Assembly (NCBI RefSeq): GCF_000181795.1
Contig: NW_003526941.1
Coordinates: forward strand, 5,371,053-5,435,052
Reading direction: 5' to 3'
DNA length: 64,000 nucleotides
Source: Trichinella spiralis
Lineage: Eukaryota
Shown: positions 56,607-64,000 of the stretch, piece after piece
How the letters are laid out: every line of letters starts with the position of its first letter
How positions within the stretch are numbered: the stretch's first letter is position 1
Notes under the pieces: generated by a model
What the model was told of the DNA's origin: nothing
Seen by the model: the letters and a program-made list of their open reading frames with translations, nothing else
The model's database searches: none
Program-made: the position numbers and the translations under genes

Positions 56607-59600
56607 ATGACAAACATTAAGAATTTGGTTCGCTATCAGTCATTTGGTTTGGTGAATATGCTTGCCGCTCGTACGACTCTTTGGTTGTTGTTTCTCGTCA
56701 ACGTTGATTCAGTTTACTGCTTTGACATCACTGCATTTCCAAAAACTTTGGAAAACGTTGAAGAAGTCCATGGCGAATCCCAGAACATCCCGACTTGGAT
56801 CAACGGTATTTAAGCCTATTCAAAATTGAAAAAATATCCACAAGTTTCCATCCACATCGTTGCAGGTTATTTTGTAAGGCAATTGTGCGGTTGCGGCGGC
56901 ACTGGTCTTGCAATTGAATACTATTTGGATTGTGTGGGCAGTTTAGGAATTTATCACATTAATGATGGTTCTGTCAAATATTCAAGCAGGTGAAATTCAG
57001 AAGAAGTAGAAATTATTTTCATCGTTTCTTTTCATAATTTTTTTCACAATTTCAGACCGTACAATACACGAGCTACTTACTGCCTTAAAAATGGTACCTA
57101 TGATGCTCCCGCTTGGCGGACGCTTCGAAGCAGAATTGTACATAATAAATTTATGAAATCGAAAAAAAAATTTTCAACAAAATTTCAATACAATTTCAGG
57201 ATGACGCAGATTACTACAAGTGTAAACGGAAAAATCGCTCTCTGACGGATGCCAATCCTAATCTTGGAATGTTCACTGTGGAAAATGATTCTGTTATTGT
57301 GCATTCAAATTTCCCTCATATGCATAAAATCAACCTGAAAAATCCGACCATCACAGATACACTAGTATTCGAAAACGAAGAAGACGACGACGACGAAATA
57401 GTTCTGTATGATTCGGATAAGACGACCGACCCTTCAACTGGCACAGTTTGGTTCACACGTTTGACAATGCTCCGAAATGGAATAGATCATGCCCATATTA
57501 AGTAAACAAAAGTTAGCAAATTCATTTTGTTCCATTTTCATTTCCTCAATTTTCCACATAAAAAAACGAAACGGATAAAAATCGTTTTCCTCCTTTAAAT
57601 TTTCACCAAGAGCACATAATTTCATTTAATTTAGTATTCGGCTTGTTGTTTGCCTACGTTCATCACTGCTTCGAGACGTTTCTCAAAATCAGATAAAAAA
57701 ATAGAACAGTCATTTTGTCAACTTTCATGGATGCAATTTTACTGAGTAATACAAAATTCGAATCGATTCAGGAAAATGTGATCGGAAATTTAGGCAAAGT
57801 CAACACTGAATGTGTATTTGTTTTTTTTTCACTGCCATTTTTCAAATAAGGTCCATTTCTCTTTTGTAAAAATATAACATATTTTAAAAATAGCTTAAGA
57901 AATAAACAGGAAATAAATCAAATAATAAAAAAACAATTTCCATTCAAATGTTGCAACAGAGTAGGCTGTTCTAAAATAAAAAACTGATGACTGTAATTTG
58001 TCGTTTAAAAAATATGATGGATAGGAATTATAAAATAACACCTATTAGTAAATATAAACAATGGATTGAAATATGTATAATTGGGATGGTCGATTTCGGG
58101 ACAAATTTTCACCGTCTAATTTTACTGGTCGTTGAACTCGCTATTTTATTGGACTTTCGTGCCGTTGTCTTATTGGTTTTCCTTGTCTAATTCCTAATTG
58201 ATTCAAACTCTTCAGTTGTGATTAGCTGCAATGTTCTTTATTTCATTGGTTCAAATATTCCATTTAGGATTACCTAACTTTAATAGTAGTGACGTGACGG
58301 TCCAGTACCGATTTCCCTCCTGATATATAAATCTACTCCCACTTTTTGTAAATAAATTTGTTGCCTGTTGAAATTTATCAAGATTGGATGTTAACATCCG
58401 GGTGTAATGTCAGAATACCGAAAAATCTGGAATGTTGTGGCAACACTTCCAATTTCCCGGTTACAAATGGCGCTAATACTGAAGTTACGTGTTGGCTCGC
58501 AATTTCACTTAATTTTACGCATGATTTAACGAATATGCCTTTGTCAAACATTCTTCGCTTTTCGCGTCACATCACATATGTTGGTAAAAGCGATTTTAAT
58601 ACAAAGGAAAAATGCACAATTGACAAATTGTTCACAGTTGCAGCTCTCAAGCTGAACCAAGGAGTAACAACTACTAAATTGTTAGCATCTGATTAATTAA
58701 TTTGATTCAAATCAGCTGCAATTCGAAGCTGAATTTAAATTTAAAAATTAAAAATGATGAATGAAATGTATTTTCAGACGATATTTCTACAAAATTGAAA
58801 AAAATTCCCAAAAAATGATAAAAGTAGGCGAATATATAGTATCAACAGTATACACTGAAGACTGCAGTTGGAGAAATGGAAACTATGCATTCCTTGCATA
58901 TTCTTTGGAAGGTGTGGTTAACAGTATTGCTGTTACGGAAAATTACATTATATACTGGATGTTTCAATCAACTTTCAATCCGTGTACAATTTTGAAAAGG
59001 CCCGACGCATTTCGTATGTATAAATAAACCATTTGAAAATTCACTTTCAATATAAAATCATTTCAGCCACAGTACCACTGTTGGATAATTTTGATTTTGA
59101 CTCCTCTGGCATTTTGGAAATTGTCGTTATTTCAAAGTCAGATGAAACGGTTATAATTTTCGAAGACAGTCCTTTGCAACAGTTCACCGGCCATGTGGTA
59201 CAGTTTTTACTGAATAACTGATACTAACTAAATGCAGAATGCTATTCTATGGTTTACAGGTAAATGCAATGGAAACTGGAAGTGATGAAAACCTTCAGTT
59301 AACAATGGATCTGATAACACATCCTTTGAAAAATTATTACGATACCTTCGATATGGACTTTATGAGAAACCACGTAAGCTTTCATTTTATAACTTTCTAC
59401 GCACGCATAACTCGGCACTGCCCATTTTACACGAATATAATAAAAAAAGAACGTTCTATTACCTTTTGTAATTGGCATGATGAATTAATTTTCAGCAGAT
59501 TATTAATATTTTTCCATTTTGTACGGCATGCTCACTTCCTCAATTAAAACAAAGCTGTTCACAGTTAACGAAACAGTTTGTGCCATTAAGTCTACCTACT

Positions 59601-60741
59601 GTAGATGAAGATTTTTCAAGTTAGTATATTTTCAAAAAATTTTTCAGAATTTTTTTAAATAAAATGAACTGCGTTAAATTGAACACAAATAAATAATTAA
59701 ATAAATTTTTAAATAAACAGAAACAAATTTATCTTTCAGAAAATATGAAGTTTAAAATTTCAAATTGCATCAACTGTTTTCAACGTTTAATATTTTTAAG
59801 TGCTTTCAGTTTAAAAATAATGAATTTTAGGGATATATGAAAGTTAATTGTTCCACGTGGATGATTCGATATATTTTGGAACCGTCCGCTATGTATTTGA
59901 GTCGCATAACACTTCATGACCCTGTTGATGAGTTCGTTGATTTTCCAGTGATCAATCCTTCGTATTACAACAATCCAAATTATTCTATAATCTACGCGCA
60001 GGCGACTTCTTTTAATCGTATTACACGCATCAAAAAAGTAATGATACTGATGATATGCTTTGCTTTGATTTCTTGTTTTCATGTTTTAAAATTTACCACT
60101 TTACGGTTAGTTTGTAATAAAAGACCACGAAGTAACAAATGTACTTAGTTGGAAGCCACGAGAAGCTAATCTTCTCCCGTACGGAATGACATTTTTGAAG
60201 CATCCAGAGTCTCGTTTTGAAGATGATGGTGTGCTGCTGTTAACAGCGACTGTGACGAATGAAGAGAAAAAAAGTATTACTTTGATTTTTCTTCTTACCT
60301 ATCAATTTATCAACAACAAATGACAAATGGAGTGATATTTTCCTGTCATTTTGTCGGGAAAATGTAAAAAAATACATATATTTCGATTTTCAGTATTGAA
60401 TTTAAATTTTTGGCTAACAGATTTTTTTCTGTCGTGGCAGTTTTGAAGCAATCTGACAGATAATGTTGTCGGATAATGGTGTGTTTTTCTCAGGTGTACT
60501 GATTGTTTTGAACGCCACAACTATGGAAGAAATCGGCCGAAGCGTTTTGCCCGTTACAGCACCGTTCGGTTACAGAGCGATGTTCATTTACAGCAGCAGT
60601 TCATCGGCCATGTATTCGGTTTTCAACTTCTACACTACAATCTTGGTCACGCTCTGCTGGTTTATGTCCGTGGTGGTTCCAACTTTACCATCTGTTCAAC
60701 AGGGGATGATAATTGGCCAAAAACTGATGTATCCCCAATAA
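56607..60741 (+). CDS. Carotenoid cleavage oxygenase (RPE65/BCO) fold protein with signal peptide and C-terminal hydrophobic anchor; metal ligands degenerate
   Basis: Exons 56607 (or ATG 56658)-56805, 56866-56989, 57056-57137, 57200-57501, 58778-59013, 59067-59197, 59260-59373, 59831-60037, 60110-60273 and 60494-60741 splice in frame. Family motifs: IPTWINGYFVR, YHINDGSVKYSSR, NSIAVTENYII, GHVVNAME, DFPVINPSY, EDDGVLL and LIVLNATTMEEIGR. Confidence 0.85.
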
Positions 60742-61210
60742 TTATTTGCCCACCGTGAACTGTCTGCTTGTTACTTACCATATATATTATTTATAAACAA
60801 TTATCGTGATGAGAAAAAGAAAATTCTAACCGGTCCAGTTTTAAAAGTAAGCTACTAACAACTATATACTCTGTTTGTTGCACTTGTCGGTGAAAATAGT
60901 CCACCAAAATTGTTCGTGCGTCTCTTATTTCTTTTCTAACATCGGTGACGGTATACTAATGGACGAATGCTAGAATTTTGCTCAAATAAAAATTAAATAA
61001 TGCAGTGCAATAAAAAGATAACATTTATTTAAAATTCGTAGCTTGTACATGTTGACTGACACGTGTTCGACGGTATAACAGAAAAAAAAAATACTTTCGA
61101 CTCAGTTGATAGGCTAAGCAAAATAATCCACATAATGTGTGAATGTCGATGTAAAAAAACCCATCAATACAGTAAACTTTATGTGATAATTAAGTTCCAT
61201 AAATACAGTA

Positions 61211-61960
61211 CTACTCGTAATTGACCGTAGTAGTTTTGAAGAGGGACAGTTCGTGGTAGGGCGGCGGCGGTTCGTCGGCAACATTTTGACTACTGTACGG
61301 CGGCGGTGGATCTGTATACGGGTGTGGTTGCTGGCGTGGTGTGGCAACAGTGTGCGACGATTCGTCCGGCAGCTGGTGGTGGTGACGATGGTCCACGGTC
61401 GACCGACGCCGGCGCCGGCGTCGCTTCAACTCGCCGAAGCAGGCTAGCAGCAAGCCGAAAAAGCAGGCGTTGACGAACGCGGCGGCGAACAGCGAACTGA
61501 AGCTCGCCCGTCGTTCGCGGCCGTCCAATTCCGGATTGAGCATCCTGGTGGCGGCGAGAACCAGGCACAGGATCACTTTCAAGCCGAGCAAGCTCATCTC
61601 GGGCAACAGGAGCCACGGTCGACCGCCGCAAACACCGACAAGCATGCAGGCGACGATCATCACGTGCAACAAGGCGCTGCTGACCGCCGACGCGGCCCCT
61701 TGGGCCAGGGTCTGTTCAGAGTTGAGCCGGCGCCAGGTGAATTCTTGTTCGTCCAAATAGTCGACGTAGGCTAGCAGTGGAGACGGGTCGACTGAATCAT
61801 CTTTCCAATAAATGAATACCACTTGAAGCAAACTGCCGGCTATTTGCAACAAGCCAACCAAAACGGCCAGACGTACCACTGAACAACACCAGCATGGTCC
61901 TCGAGGTTTTGCCAATTCGATTTCAACTGCCTGTTGTTGTTGTTGTTGTTGTTGTTGCAT
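61211..61960 (-). CDS. Four-TM LAPTM-like membrane protein with C-terminal PPxY motifs, intronless
   Basis: N-terminal polyQ, then CWCCSV, four hydrophobic segments with GVCGGRPWLLLP between TM2 and TM3, a poly-Arg stop-transfer segment, and a tail with PPPPYS and PPPPYHEL. Confidence 0.7.
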   Translation of the reverse strand: MQQQQQQQQQAVEIELAKPRGPCWCCSVVRLAVLVGLLQIAGSLLQVVFIYWKDDSVDPSPLLAYVDYLDEQEFTWRRLNSEQTLAQGAASAVSSALLHVMIVACMLVGVCGGRPWLLLPEMSLLGLKVILCLVLAATRMLNPELDGRERRASFSSLFAAAFVNACFFGLLLACFGELKRRRRRRRSTVDHRHHHQLPDESSHTVATPRQQPHPYTDPPPPYSSQNVADEPPPPYHELSLFKTTTVNYE

Positions 61961-62812
61961 TGTCAACAATAAACAAACAAACAAACAAACAAATAATCAA
62001 AACCACAAGTGGGGTAATTATAAAAACAGATTAGCACAGAACCACCACAAACGATCTCTTGTCGTTCAACAAGCAGCAGCAGCAGCAGAAGCAGCAGCAG
62101 TTTGTTTTATCGACCAGCCTGTTTCACCAGTGCAAAAACAAGACAATTTTCCAACTTTTACCAACCACGCCCCGAGGCCAAATGAAGCCAGTTTGCTTGG
62201 AAAATTTGCACCAATCGCTGGGCAGTTTCTTTTCTTACAAAAACAACAAATCGAAAGTACAACTGGACCGTAAAATGAGCAACATGTGCGTGTTCCCTTT
62301 CTCCACCGCCGCCCCCCCCTCCTCCTCCTCTTCGTATGATGACGTAAAAGCTACTGTTCAACCAGCACTTACTTCTTCACGGCTTGAAAATACATTATAC
62401 ATTCTTAACCGAAAACAAATTTGATGTAATTTTCATTTTTTTTCTTATATTTTTGCTGTTGTTTAAAAATATAAAACATCGATAAAACGTAAGCGTGTTA
62501 CGCCAATTTCAAAAAAATCACAACGAGATGCGGTCCAACCGCGAGCATATGACATCATCAATCTTATAAACAGAGAAAAAAACGAATTACATAAATATAT
62601 TTAAAAAACAAAAAATGAAAAGCTGCGCACTGTGAACCGAGTAAAAAAACTTAAAGCTTGCACTGTGGATAATTCAAATGTGAAAGAAAACTGAACTGTA
62701 TTACTCGTCAATATCTTCCATCATCATCATCATCCACATCTTTTTCTTTTTTGAAAACAAATTATACAGAAAGAAATGTAATTTCCACATTCCTTCTTAA
62801 GCTTTTCGTGTG

Positions 62813-64000
<1,188 letters not shown>

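Noticed and set aside
57635..57812. Possible extra exons in the oxygenase-like gene
   Set aside because: Exon 4 (ends 57501, phase 2) joins exon 5 (58778) directly in frame as HIKRYFYKI. Including these segments gives stops or phase conflicts.

Overview
This is eukaryotic, AT-rich, intron-dense genomic DNA with many short GT-AG introns and tttcag/tttag acceptors. Gene content and style suggest a nematode, most plausibly a clade I parasite such as Trichinella; this is an inference, not proven. I reconstructed gene models by eye from splice sites and reading frames. In order: ZMIZ/tonalli-like 3' part (+); isochorismatase/nicotinamidase-like hydrolase (+); Sec24A/B-like gene broken at a 10-N assembly gap (+); three CDS-intronless genes (+) encoding a C2H2 zinc-finger protein, an MSP-domain acidic protein and a type II Cys-rich ADAMTS-ancillary-like protein; Pitx/unc-30 (-); WDR55 (-); an R3-type receptor tyrosine phosphatase (-); DNAJC25 (+); a two-domain rhodanese (+); EMC1 (-); a 5-exon orphan gene with a KEN box that the ORF track misses (+); a decayed FLYWCH/MULE-like fragment; a carotenoid-oxygenase-fold gene (+); a LAPTM-like PPxY protein (-); and the 3' part of Raf (-). 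The most unusual item is the carotenoid-oxygenase homologue. It has a signal peptide and a C-terminal anchor, and it appears to have lost 3 of 4 iron-ligand histidines and the second-shell glutamates, making it a candidate cell-surface pseudo-enzyme. No tRNA, rRNA or CRISPR array was recognised.
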